Source: Methanosarcinales archaeon (GTDB lineage Archaea; Halobacteriota; Syntropharchaeia; Alkanophagales; Methanospirareceae). From it: 40,755 bases of DNA. The stretch spans positions 1 through 40,755 of the forward strand of contig JAODGR010000043.1 in assembly GCA_025464275.1 (NCBI GenBank), given 5' to 3'. Below the pieces are notes generated by a model. That model saw only the letters and a list, made by a program, of their open reading frames with translations. It did no database searches and was not told the DNA's origin. Every line of letters starts with the position of its first letter. The first letter of the stretch is position 1. The translations under genes and the position numbers were made by a program. Below are positions 1-7,526 of this stretch, piece after piece.

Positions 1-114
1 CTCGGTATGACCTTCATCATCATCTCTCATGACCGCGACTTTGTTTATATGGTATGCGATAGAGTGGCACACATGCAGAATGGGCGGGTAGTGAAGTTAG
101 AGGATTTGAGGTGA
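1..114 (+). CDS. ABC-type ATPase, C-terminal fragment (5' end outside window); context suggests MCR activation component A2 (AtwA-like)
   Basis: Frame 1 is open from base 1 to TGA at 112-114. The translation LGMTFIIISHDRDFVYMVCDRVAHMQNGRVVKLEDLR matches the H-loop (SHD) and C-terminal region of ABC ATPases. It lies 61 nt upstream of mcrC on the same strand. The AtwA assignment is from context only. Confidence 0.6.
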   Translation, partial: LGMTFIIISHDRDFVYMVCDRVAHMQNGRVVKLEDLR

Positions 115-175
115 GGATGCGCTCAGATACAGGTACAGGTACAGGTAGAGGTACACAGGTGGATGGGGTGAGGTA

Positions 176-799
176 ATGCCAGTAGGAAGAGAGACTCAGC
201 TGGTGGTATGCAGGAAAGGTCAGGGGCTTGGATTGGGTGGCGGTATCGCACAGCGGGGCACATTCGCGAAGGCGATAAAGAACGACGTGATAAATATTGC
301 AATGTCACCGGGCTACAGGCATGTGCCGAAACCGGTGTGCGAGATAACCACAGAGTTGAGGGATAAGGGTATAGACGTAGGAGAGATAATACTGAATGCC
401 GGAGATGGTACACCCGCAGATGCACCTTCGGGTGGCGGGCACGGTGTGGCATTCGGACTGGAGCCGAGGGAGATAGAGATGATAGGGCGGCATAAGCTCG
501 CTCTCCTCAACCATGGCAACGTGAAGCAACACTTCATCTATAAGGTCCGATTCGTACTGACGAGGATAAACATACCCACTATTGTACTCTGCCAGTGCCC
601 GGTGGATTACGAGGATTTCGAGTCGATAGGGATAAGCACGAGATACAGGGAGGGGAAGACACAGGGTAAAGTTGTAGAGATCGTGAGCGGGATTGTGAGG
701 CATGAGAGTGTACCGCAGGACAAACTGAATGAGATAGTGAGCAAGGTGAAGAAGTGCCTGCGCGAGATTGAAGAGGGCAAGTTCGCTGCTGCTATGTAG
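176..799 (+). CDS. mcrC: Methyl-coenzyme M reductase operon protein C (McrC)
   Basis: 207-aa ORF. It carries strings I recognise from McrC proteins: GGGIAQRGTFA, AMSPGYRHVPKPVCEIT, LNAGDGTPADAP, CPVDYEDFESIGI, VEIVSGIVRHESVPQDKLNEIV. Length fits the family (about 200 aa). Confidence 0.85.
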   Translation: MPVGRETQLVVCRKGQGLGLGGGIAQRGTFAKAIKNDVINIAMSPGYRHVPKPVCEITTELRDKGIDVGEIILNAGDGTPADAPSGGGHGVAFGLEPREIEMIGRHKLALLNHGNVKQHFIYKVRFVLTRINIPTIVLCQCPVDYEDFESIGISTRYREGKTQGKVVEIVSGIVRHESVPQDKLNEIVSKVKKCLREIEEGKFAAAM

Positions 800-810
800 G
801 CGATTAGGCG

Positions 811-1746
811 ATGGAGCTGGACGAGTTACTGGGGATAGGAGCTGAGAACTTCACACTGGTGGAGAGCAGCTATGCAGAACAGCGCTGGATACCGAGGACT
901 ATTGATTACATGGGCAAGGTGAAGAGAGGGGATGTAGCGGAATTGATAAGGATACATGATGAGAGTGGTACACTCATTGGGATTGCAATATACGACAGGG
1001 AGCTGGGCTTCTGGGTTATATTCACCGATTTCATCGCCGAACGAAGGAGAATGGAGGAATTCAATGCCCTTGCTGATGCTATGAGCGGTGATAAGGAGCG
1101 TGAGGTGGAGGTAAATGGCATGGCTTTTCGGTCTGGTGTGATGGAGTTCTATTCCATCGCACTGGTGAACCGTGTATTCTGCAATTGCAATGTAAAGGAG
1201 CCGGGTTTCTATCCCCGTGACAGGGTAGAGGCATTGAAGAAGTTGCTGAATGCGCTTGCGAGCGAAGGGGAGATAGGAGAAGGGGCTCTTTGGGGTGACA
1301 CCATCGAGATTGGCTGTGGTGCCGGTGAAGCGACAGTGGCATTGCATGAACTTGGTATCTCTCCCATCACTGTGGATGTGAACAAATGTGAGATATGCAG
1401 GGGTCTGGAGGAAGGAGTACTTTACCCGGAGAGGAGTGTTGTTCTTGACTGCTCCCTCCTCTCCTCCTTCTTCAGCCGCGAATTCGACCTCGCATTTGGG
1501 TTTATGGTGGGTAAACTAACGCCTTACGAGCTCTTCAACTGGGAGAAGGTCTTGAGAGAGGTACCAAAGGTGCTGAGAGGAGGCGGGAAAGTACTCCTCA
1601 CCGTCTCGAGTGAGGATGAAGCCATGCTCCTGGAGAATATATTGAAGGATGAGTTCGAGGGCGAGATAAAGGAGAACAGTGAGAGTAACGGATATTTTGA
1701 CCGCTGGATCTATACCGGTACGCTGCGACAGCAGAGCACCGAATAA
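811..1746 (+). CDS. Class I SAM-dependent methyltransferase with an uncharacterised N-terminal domain of about 150 aa
   Basis: 311-aa ORF starting 11 nt after the mcrC stop. Motif I IEIGCGAGEATVALHELG is followed by an acidic-residue strand (ITVDVN) and the post-I/II pattern LAFGFMV...VLRGGGKVLLTV. The N-terminal half has no motif I recognise. Confidence 0.7.
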   Translation: MELDELLGIGAENFTLVESSYAEQRWIPRTIDYMGKVKRGDVAELIRIHDESGTLIGIAIYDRELGFWVIFTDFIAERRRMEEFNALADAMSGDKEREVEVNGMAFRSGVMEFYSIALVNRVFCNCNVKEPGFYPRDRVEALKKLLNALASEGEIGEGALWGDTIEIGCGAGEATVALHELGISPITVDVNKCEICRGLEEGVLYPERSVVLDCSLLSSFFSREFDLAFGFMVGKLTPYELFNWEKVLREVPKVLRGGGKVLLTVSSEDEAMLLENILKDEFEGEIKENSESNGYFDRWIYTGTLRQQSTE

Positions 1747-1796
1747 GAATAAGATAAGATAAAAGAAGAAGGGAGAAATAAAGAGATAGAAGGAAC

Positions 1797-2105
1797 TTAT
1801 TTTCGGTATTTACCCAGTATCTGCTCACGCCGCTTCGTACGCCATTCCTCCAGATGTGAGATCCACTCTTCGTGCCTCTTATATATATATTCCTTCGCAG
1901 CCAGCAACTTATCGGGTGAATCACCCCGCAGTATCATCCGGGGTACATAATCCCGAATGGGGAAACCAGTACGTGGGTCAAAGGCATCCTCAGATGAGGC
2001 TTCCTCCTGCGTCACCTCCAGTCCGAATTTCTCCGCTGCCTCGAATACTATACCCGTAGTTATACCACGGGGAATGGGTAAAGCATACTTCCGCTCACGC
2101 TCCAT
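1797..2105 (-). CDS. Hypothetical protein (102 aa), translationally coupled to the upstream Zn-ribbon gene
   Basis: The ORF has normal purine-rich codon usage on the minus strand. Its ATG overlaps the stop of the upstream gene (ATGA at 2105). No recognisable motif. Confidence 0.5.
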   Translation of the reverse strand: MERERKYALPIPRGITTGIVFEAAEKFGLEVTQEEASSEDAFDPRTGFPIRDYVPRMILRGDSPDKLLAAKEYIYKRHEEWISHLEEWRTKRREQILGKYRK

Positions 2106-2350
2106 TAGCCTGCACCACCCCCCTCTCCGGGCATGCTTAAAGCGCCAAATTCATCCGCTTCCTCCTCTGCATAACACTCCAGACAGAGGATACGCCCGGC
2201 TATCTCCAGATATTCATCCACTTCCTTCCCACACTTCGAGCACCGTATCTTCTTCACCGACCTTCCACCTTCCTCCTTATCTGCCTTCGCCGCTTCTCGC
2301 GCCATCCACCTATTCCTTCTCTCCTCCGCCGTCTCTTCTCTCTCTACCAT
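2105..2350 (-). CDS. Small zinc-ribbon protein (about 81 aa)
   Basis: The track ORF is 2105-2458, but its first 36 codons overlap the ycaO start and the promoter region. An internal ATG at 2348-2350 (MVEREE...) is preceded by GGAGAGG. The protein has a CxxC-x15-CxxC ribbon (CSKCGKEVDEYLEIAGRILCLEC) and a charged N-terminus. Confidence 0.5.
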   Translation of the reverse strand: MVEREETAEERRNRWMAREAAKADKEEGGRSVKKIRCSKCGKEVDEYLEIAGRILCLECYAEEEADEFGALSMPGEGGGAG

Positions 2351-2407
2351 TTCCTCTCCTCTATTATTAAATAGATATTCTGTCAGTATATAAAGGATGG
2401 TGAAAAG
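2351..2407. promoter_or_regulatory. Divergent promoter region with two A/T-rich TATA-like elements
   Basis: 57-nt spacer between divergent genes. It contains TTATTAAATAGAT (about 2363-2376) and GTATATAAAGG (about 2385-2395), positioned for archaeal TATA boxes serving ycaO (+) and the Zn-ribbon gene (-). Confidence 0.4.
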
Positions 2408-3637
2408 ATGGAGATAAAACTCAGGCGGAGACCAAAGAGGTACTTCTTCGATTCGCATCGCACATTAACACCGGAGGAGACCCTGAGAATGGTGGAAGGG
2501 CTAACCGAGAAGGTGGGTATAACCGAGATGGTGGAGATCTCCGGGCTGGATAAGCTCAATATAAATATACCTGTATACTCGGCACGCAGACCCGGTGCGA
2601 AGGCAGGAGCAGTGAATGTTCATGCAGGTAAAGGTCTAACGGAGGAGCAGGCGAAGGTATCGGTGCTTATGGAGGCAATAGAGCGCTATTCCGCAGAGTT
2701 AAAGGCGGAAGACCGTGCTAAATTCCTGTTCGAATCGTATAACGAAGGAGAAAGAGTGGAGGGGGTGGAGAAGCTGGAACCATCATCACTTATATTGAGT
2801 GCAATCTCAGGCGTGGGACCCGATACCAAGATAGAGTGGTGTGTGGGTTACGACCTCATGATGGAGAGTGAGGTGCTCCTGCCTGCAAATGCCGTTTATC
2901 ACCCCTACATCACGAACAGAGGTGGAAGGCTCTTCAGGAGTGACAGTAATGGTATAGCCACGGGTAACAACCTGGAGGAGGCGATATTCCACGGCATAAT
3001 GGAAGTGATAGAAAGAGATGCACTGAGTTATGTGGAGATAAGAAAGGATGCAGGTAGAAGGATAGAGATAGAAGAAGAAGATGGATTGATATTCGAGCTT
3101 AAAGAGAGGTTCAATTCCCGGGGCATCGAAACCCATTTCTGGTATATCCCCACGGATGCCGGGTTCACCACCGTTGCTTTAGCTCTGGATACACCAGAGA
3201 GGGACCCGAATCTACTCGTTTATGGCGCCGGTACACACAGTGACCCGCGGATTGCAGCGATAAGGGCGATAACAGAGGCTGCACAGTCCAGACTCATGCA
3301 GATAGCGCAGCGGCAGCTAAAGGCAGGGGCAACGGGCACACCCACACCCACACCCTCCCCTCTGGATTACGAGACGGTGAAAAGAATGAACAGGCACTGG
3401 TTTGATACCGGCAAAGAGGGTGAAGGGGTGAGCCTGAGCGAACTTCCCAGCCTCGCAACTGATACGATAGATGGTGATATAAAGATAGCACTTCAGCGGC
3501 TGAAGGCGATAGGTAGGCGGGTGATTGTGGCTGACCTGACGCGTGAAGAGATTGGCATACCGGTGGTGAGGGTGGTGATACCCGGATTCGAGGTATATGC
3601 CAGGAATCCAGAGAGACTGGGATTCAGGTACAGATAG
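2408..3637 (+). CDS. ycaO: YcaO-family ATP-dependent amide-activating enzyme (methanogenesis marker protein 1 type; McrA thioglycine-forming family)
   Basis: 409-aa ORF. It has YcaO hallmarks: LMEAIERYSAE, SNGIATGNNLEEAIFHGIMEVIERDA, AITEAAQSR, and a C-terminal IPVVRVVIPGFE motif. Size and layout match the stand-alone archaeal YcaO. Confidence 0.85.
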   Translation: MEIKLRRRPKRYFFDSHRTLTPEETLRMVEGLTEKVGITEMVEISGLDKLNINIPVYSARRPGAKAGAVNVHAGKGLTEEQAKVSVLMEAIERYSAELKAEDRAKFLFESYNEGERVEGVEKLEPSSLILSAISGVGPDTKIEWCVGYDLMMESEVLLPANAVYHPYITNRGGRLFRSDSNGIATGNNLEEAIFHGIMEVIERDALSYVEIRKDAGRRIEIEEEDGLIFELKERFNSRGIETHFWYIPTDAGFTTVALALDTPERDPNLLVYGAGTHSDPRIAAIRAITEAAQSRLMQIAQRQLKAGATGTPTPTPSPLDYETVKRMNRHWFDTGKEGEGVSLSELPSLATDTIDGDIKIALQRLKAIGRRVIVADLTREEIGIPVVRVVIPGFEVYARNPERLGFRYR

Positions 3638-3753
3638 TAATAGCATAGCGGAGAAAGGTCATAAGATTTAACATCTATTTAATATTTCAGCTTCTCAAAA
3701 CTGGAATATTCAAAAAAATAGAAAAATTTAAATGTTCATACGCCAAAATACCA

Positions 3754-4029
3754 GTGGTGGTAAAAATGGCGGAAGGGATTTGTTATGTCTGCAATCAAAC
3801 ATTCACCGCTGCGAGCAGAGATGCACTGGTGGATAAGATAGTGGAGCATATAATGACCTCACATCACGGCTGGGTATGGGGCGATGCCATGCAGGCGAAG
3901 AACGTCTTTGACAAATGCCCGGTATGTGGCGCCTCACTTGGTAAACTCGTTGCAAAATGCCCTAACTGCGGCGCTGACCTCGTGGAGCAATTTGCGAGGA
4001 AGGTGACCATGGGGTATGTAAAGGGTTAA
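3754..4029 (+). CDS. Small double zinc-binding protein (C2H2-like module plus C4 zinc ribbon)
   Basis: The ORF runs from GTG 3754, with ATG at 3766 more likely as the start. It has CYVCNQ...x19...HIMTSHH and CPVCGASLGKLVAKCPNCG. An A/T-rich promoter-like tract (TTTAAAT near 3727) lies upstream and a T-run lies downstream. Confidence 0.55.
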   Translation: MVVKMAEGICYVCNQTFTAASRDALVDKIVEHIMTSHHGWVWGDAMQAKNVFDKCPVCGASLGKLVAKCPNCGADLVEQFARKVTMGYVKG

Positions 4030-4040
4030 AAAACCCCATC

Positions 4041-4052
4041 TTTTTCTTTTTT
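4041..4052 (+). terminator. Oligo-T tract (archaeal-type terminator candidate)
   Basis: TTTTTCTTTTTT lies 12 nt after the stop of the 3754-4029 gene. Confidence 0.4.
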
Positions 4053-4123
4053 CCCTCATCTCCCGGTTTCTATCTCTATCCTCAGTCCATGAAGGGGAAA
4101 CATGATTCTATACCAGGGGCAAC

Positions 4124-4149
4124 AATAATTTCCCTTATGGGAAAGTATT
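4124..4149. promoter_or_regulatory. Near-perfect 26-bp palindrome, candidate operator upstream of ArsR paralog 1
   Basis: AATAATTTCCC-TTAT-GGGAAAGTATT has 11-nt arms with one mismatch and a perfect 6-bp core TTTCCC/GGGAAA. It lies about 45-65 nt upstream of the ArsR-family gene, next to A-rich TATA-like tracts. Confidence 0.45.
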
Positions 4150-4191
4150 GGTAAAAAAGCGAAAGAGATAAAAAGAGGACTCGATATACAG

Positions 4192-4521
4192 ATGCCGTTG
4201 TGGAGTGGAGAGATGAAGATCGAGGATGAGCTGATAAAGGAACTGCATGTGCTCCTGCACCCGATAAGATTCAGGATTGTGGAGCTACTGGGAGAGAGGG
4301 AGATGCATATAAACGAGATAAGCAACGCACTCGGTGAGGAGCGGAGACTCGTATCTTATCACTTACTCACTCTGGAAGAGCACGGGTTCCTGGATAGCAG
4401 ATATGAGATCTCTGAACTGCCGAGGTCGAAGGGTAAGGCGGTGAGGAAATATCGTGTCACGGGTAAAGTGGAGGAGGTGCTCACGGAGTTCAAGAGTGGA
4501 TTCCACCATATCCAGAGGTGA
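4192..4521 (+). CDS. ArsR/SmtB-family winged-helix transcriptional regulator (paralog 1)
   Basis: LHPIRFRIVELL...MHINEISNALGEERRLVSYHLLTLEEHGFL is the typical ArsR HTH plus wing. The likely true start is ATG 4213 (MKIEDE), which aligns with the paralog at 15389. Confidence 0.8.
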   Translation: MPLWSGEMKIEDELIKELHVLLHPIRFRIVELLGEREMHINEISNALGEERRLVSYHLLTLEEHGFLDSRYEISELPRSKGKAVRKYRVTGKVEEVLTEFKSGFHHIQR

Positions 4522-4610
4522 AAGTGAAATAATCTTCTCCTCTTGAACTGAAGTTCTAACCAAAAACGGAAGTTTTATCTATTAATAAGGATAATATATT
4601 CTTAAAGAGA

Positions 4611-5525
4611 ATGGATGAGAGACCGAAGAAGTGCCCGGAATGTGGCTCCACTAACCTGATCACGGACCCCAAGCACGCTGAGGTCTATTGCGCTGACTGT
4701 GGGGTGGTGATAGCGGAGAATCTCGTGGACCTTGGACCCGAATGGCGCTCCTACGATGATGAGCAGGCATCGAAGCGAATCAGAACAGGTCCACCCATGA
4801 GTTACAGGATTCACAATAAAGGGCTGAGTACACCCGCACCCGAGGCATTCGCGCGCACAAGGAGATTGAGGGGGATAATAAGTATGGATAGCAGTGAGAA
4901 GATACTCTCATTCGCACTCGGGGAGATAGACAGGATGGCGAGCGCGCTTAAACTGCCACCAGAGATTCGTGAGGAGACCGCGGTATTGTACCGCCGGGCG
5001 GCGAAGCAGAACCTGATAAAGGGGCGGAGTATAGAGGAGCTGGTCTCTGCGATGCTCTACATCACCTGCCGGCAGTATGGTGTACCGCGAACGCTGAAGG
5101 AGATAGCAGAGTTCTCAAGAATGCCACTACGGAAGATAAGAAGGGCTTACATCTTCCTCCTCCGCAAACTCGAGATTAAACTCGCACCCGCAGACCCCGC
5201 GCAGTATGTGCCCCGATTCTGCTCTGAGCTGGGGTTGAGTGATGCGATAAGGGAGAGGGCGATAGAGATATTGAAGAGGGGGGAGGGGGCAGGTACCGCG
5301 AAGGGCTGGGGTCCCACTGGCACGGCTGCGGCTGCGATATACCTCGCTGCTAATTTGAGTGGTACCTCGGTCGCGGAGAAGGAGATAGCAAAAGTCGCGG
5401 GTACAACCCCGATCACCATCCGGAACAGGTGTAAGGAGCTTGAGGAGAAGCTGAAGCTGGATAACGATATAGATACGGATATACTCTCACATCCGCATCA
5501 GAAGGGTGTTTACTTCGTGATATGA
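4611..5525 (+). CDS. tfb: Transcription initiation factor TFB (TFIIB homolog)
   Basis: N-terminal Zn ribbon CPECGSTNLITDPKHAEVYCADCG, B-reader/linker GPEWRSY...KGLST, and two cyclin-like repeats (IKGRSIEELVSAMLYITCRQYGVPRTLKEIA; PTGTAAAAIYLAA...EIAKVAGTTPITIRNRCKEL). Confidence 0.9.
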   Translation: MDERPKKCPECGSTNLITDPKHAEVYCADCGVVIAENLVDLGPEWRSYDDEQASKRIRTGPPMSYRIHNKGLSTPAPEAFARTRRLRGIISMDSSEKILSFALGEIDRMASALKLPPEIREETAVLYRRAAKQNLIKGRSIEELVSAMLYITCRQYGVPRTLKEIAEFSRMPLRKIRRAYIFLLRKLEIKLAPADPAQYVPRFCSELGLSDAIRERAIEILKRGEGAGTAKGWGPTGTAAAAIYLAANLSGTSVAEKEIAKVAGTTPITIRNRCKELEEKLKLDNDIDTDILSHPHQKGVYFVI

Positions 5526-5547
5526 TATAAAGATGAGATAGAGTTAG

Positions 5548-6699
5548 ATGGAATCACACATATATCATGCTCTTGGCTTGCACATGCATCAGCCTCCCGG
5601 TAATATAGAACTGCTTCTCCGGACGAACGAGTGGGAGGCGAGGCAGATATTACTGTGCTACGAGCGCCCTCTGCGATATGCCAGGGAATACGAGGACGTG
5701 GCACGGCTTCATCTTGGCTTCTCCGGCACTCTACTGGAGCAACTCTGCAGCACGGATATGGGAGACAGGCTATCTGCTCTGATAGGAGCAGACCTGGAAG
5801 GGGTAATGCGTGAGTATCCCGGAGCGAAGGGGATAGAATTCCTCGGCATGGGCTATTATCATCCCCTCTTCCCCCTGATACCCAGGGAGGACTGGAAACC
5901 GCAGATAGAGCGATGGAAGCAGCAGGCAGAATCTCTTGGTCTCCACGCGCCCGGATTCTGGCCACCGGAGATGGGCTTCTGCATGGAGATGATACCCGTG
6001 CTGAAGGATACGGGATTTGAATATGTGGTCGTCGATGGTGTACATGTAAAGCCGAGGAGAGAGGGGATGCGGAGGGAGGATATAATATACAAGCCGCATA
6101 TTGCTGAATACGACTCCGCGGAGATTGTGGTAATCCCGAGGGACAGGGATATGAGTAACGCACAGGAGAGCGGGCTTGACCCTGGCTGGTTTAAACATGA
6201 AGTCATGCATAAGACGGAGAGATGCAGGGGGAATTGCCTTCTGACCACCTGGTCGGATGGGGAGAACGGTGGATGGTTCAGACAGATGCACGAGCCGTCG
6301 GGTTTCTGGGGACATTTCTTCGCTCCTTACATGGAGGAAGTACGAAGAGGCGATTGCCCCATTATTCCGATAAAGATAAGTGAGTTCATAGAGGAGAATC
6401 CACCCTCAACCTATGTGGATGTCCAGACAGGCGCCTGGAATGTAGCCACTACAAGTGGCTATGATTTCAGCCAGTGGGAGGGTACAGAGAAGCAACGGGC
6501 GGGTATAGAAGAGCTATGGGCAACGAGCAGGGAGTATCATGAGCTCGGCAGAAGGATTCCCGAAGTGGAGGAGCACATCCTGAGGGCTGAGACGAGCTGC
6601 AATCTCTTCTGGGGTGATGCATGGGTACACAGGATATACGAGGATACACGGGCTGCGAAGGAGTTGATGCGAGCGCTCAAATCGAGCTTGAAGAAATGA
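5548..6699 (+). CDS. Glycoside hydrolase family 57 protein (alpha-glucan-active enzyme; specificity not assignable)
   Basis: HMHQPPGN near the N-terminus, GYYHPLFPLIP, FWPPEMGF (region of the catalytic Glu) and WSDGENGGW follow the conserved GH57 pattern. At 383 aa it is a catalytic domain only. Confidence 0.75.
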   Translation: MESHIYHALGLHMHQPPGNIELLLRTNEWEARQILLCYERPLRYAREYEDVARLHLGFSGTLLEQLCSTDMGDRLSALIGADLEGVMREYPGAKGIEFLGMGYYHPLFPLIPREDWKPQIERWKQQAESLGLHAPGFWPPEMGFCMEMIPVLKDTGFEYVVVDGVHVKPRREGMRREDIIYKPHIAEYDSAEIVVIPRDRDMSNAQESGLDPGWFKHEVMHKTERCRGNCLLTTWSDGENGGWFRQMHEPSGFWGHFFAPYMEEVRRGDCPIIPIKISEFIEENPPSTYVDVQTGAWNVATTSGYDFSQWEGTEKQRAGIEELWATSREYHELGRRIPEVEEHILRAETSCNLFWGDAWVHRIYEDTRAAKELMRALKSSLKK

Positions 6700-6713
6700 A
6701 TAATGAATTGAAG

Positions 6714-6971
6714 TTAGAGTTCTTCCCTGACCATCTTCACCATCGCCTGTGCCACCCGTGCATTCAGCAGATAATCATCCAGGGTTGCTATCAGCGTTCC
6801 TATTCTGGGCGCCTCAAGGTAGGTGTAGGTGGTGCTCACTGTACCATCAGCCCCTTCACCCTCGATACTGGTATCGGTGTTGATATTGATATTGATATTG
6901 TCAGGCATCAGAGCATTTACTATCAGGGCGGCGTCTTCACTTCTCACCCTTATCCTCGCTCTCAGTCTCAT
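6714..6971 (-). CDS. Small protein resembling the KEOPS subunit Pcc1 (tentative)
   Basis: 85 aa. The pattern RIRVRSEDAALIVNALMPD...RIGTLIATLDDYLLNARVAQAMV resembles the two-strand-plus-helix pattern of archaeal Pcc1. It contains an NINININ dipeptide-repeat insertion. The call is from memory of the family pattern only. Confidence 0.4.
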   Translation of the reverse strand: MRLRARIRVRSEDAALIVNALMPDNINININTDTSIEGEGADGTVSTTYTYLEAPRIGTLIATLDDYLLNARVAQAMVKMVREEL

Positions 6972-6996
6972 CTCATATCCTCATATTCATATTATA

Positions 6997-7422
6997 CTAT
7001 TCCGGGGGAGGGGAATAGAACTTTGTAACACACGCCGGGTTTCTCGTTAGTATATTCCTGACAGAAACAATGCCAACGAGCTTGTCATCATCGATCACCG
7101 GCAGCCTTCTTATACCCTTCTCTGCCAGTATCTCACATGCCTTCTCCACCGATGTGGTGGGTTCTACGGTTATCAGAGGGGAGGACATTATCTCCTTCGC
7201 TCTCACCTCTCTGGGTATCCTGTCCTTCATCTTCATCGTGAGCTTCAATGCTATATCACGGTCTGTTATTATACCCACCGGCTTACCATCTCTTGTGATC
7301 ACCACACTGCCCACACCTGACAGTTCCATATCCTTCGATATCTGAGTCACCGGCGTATCCTCTTCCGCGGTTATCACCTTCGGTGTCATTATATCCCCCA
7401 CTTCCAGCATCTCCATCGCCAT
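6997..7422 (-). CDS. CBS domain pair protein
   Basis: Two CBS repeats (VGDIMTPKVITAEEDTPV...GIITDRDI; AKEIMSSPLITVEP...RRLPVIDDDKLVGIVSVRNIL). Confidence 0.85.
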   Translation of the reverse strand: MAMEMLEVGDIMTPKVITAEEDTPVTQISKDMELSGVGSVVITRDGKPVGIITDRDIALKLTMKMKDRIPREVRAKEIMSSPLITVEPTTSVEKACEILAEKGIRRLPVIDDDKLVGIVSVRNILTRNPACVTKFYSPPPE

Positions 7423-7526
7423 TTATTCTTTCACCTCTTTCACCATTCTGTTCTGTTCTCTCTCTCCTTTAATCCCGGAGTATAAATAGTATAAATAAAT
7501 CTTTCGTTTTTGTTCCCCTCACGGTC

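Noticed and set aside
128-160. Hexamer and other short tandem repeats considered as CRISPR arrays or mobile-element termini
   Set aside because: The repeat units are 6-12 nt and directly abutting. They have no unique spacers of about 30 nt and no cas or transposase genes. They are microsatellites, not CRISPR and not inverted terminal repeats.
123-703. Minus-strand ORFs 123-452, 305-703 and 313-537 overlapping mcrC
   Set aside because: They are antisense to a gene with strong McrC motifs. The translations are low-complexity.
1797-2105. 102-aa protein considered as a divergent TfuA
   Set aside because: It is shorter than TfuA domains and shows none of the Gly-rich/GAxSMGALRA-type blocks I associate with TfuA. 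It is left as hypothetical.
2351-2458. Upstream extension of the Zn-ribbon ORF (track start 2458)
   Set aside because: The extension would overlap the ycaO start codon and the whole divergent promoter region. It is hydrophobic and low-complexity (FYLHLFTILYILTEYLF, from A/T-rich DNA). An internal ATG with a GGAGAGG site is a better start.
5510-6163. 217-aa minus-strand ORF, with 5770-6315 and 5859-6248, overlapping the GH57 gene
   Set aside because: It is antisense to a gene with clear family motifs. The translation is Pro/Ser/Arg-rich low complexity, which is typical of the reverse complement of GAG/AAG/AGG-rich coding sequence. No start context or motif is present.
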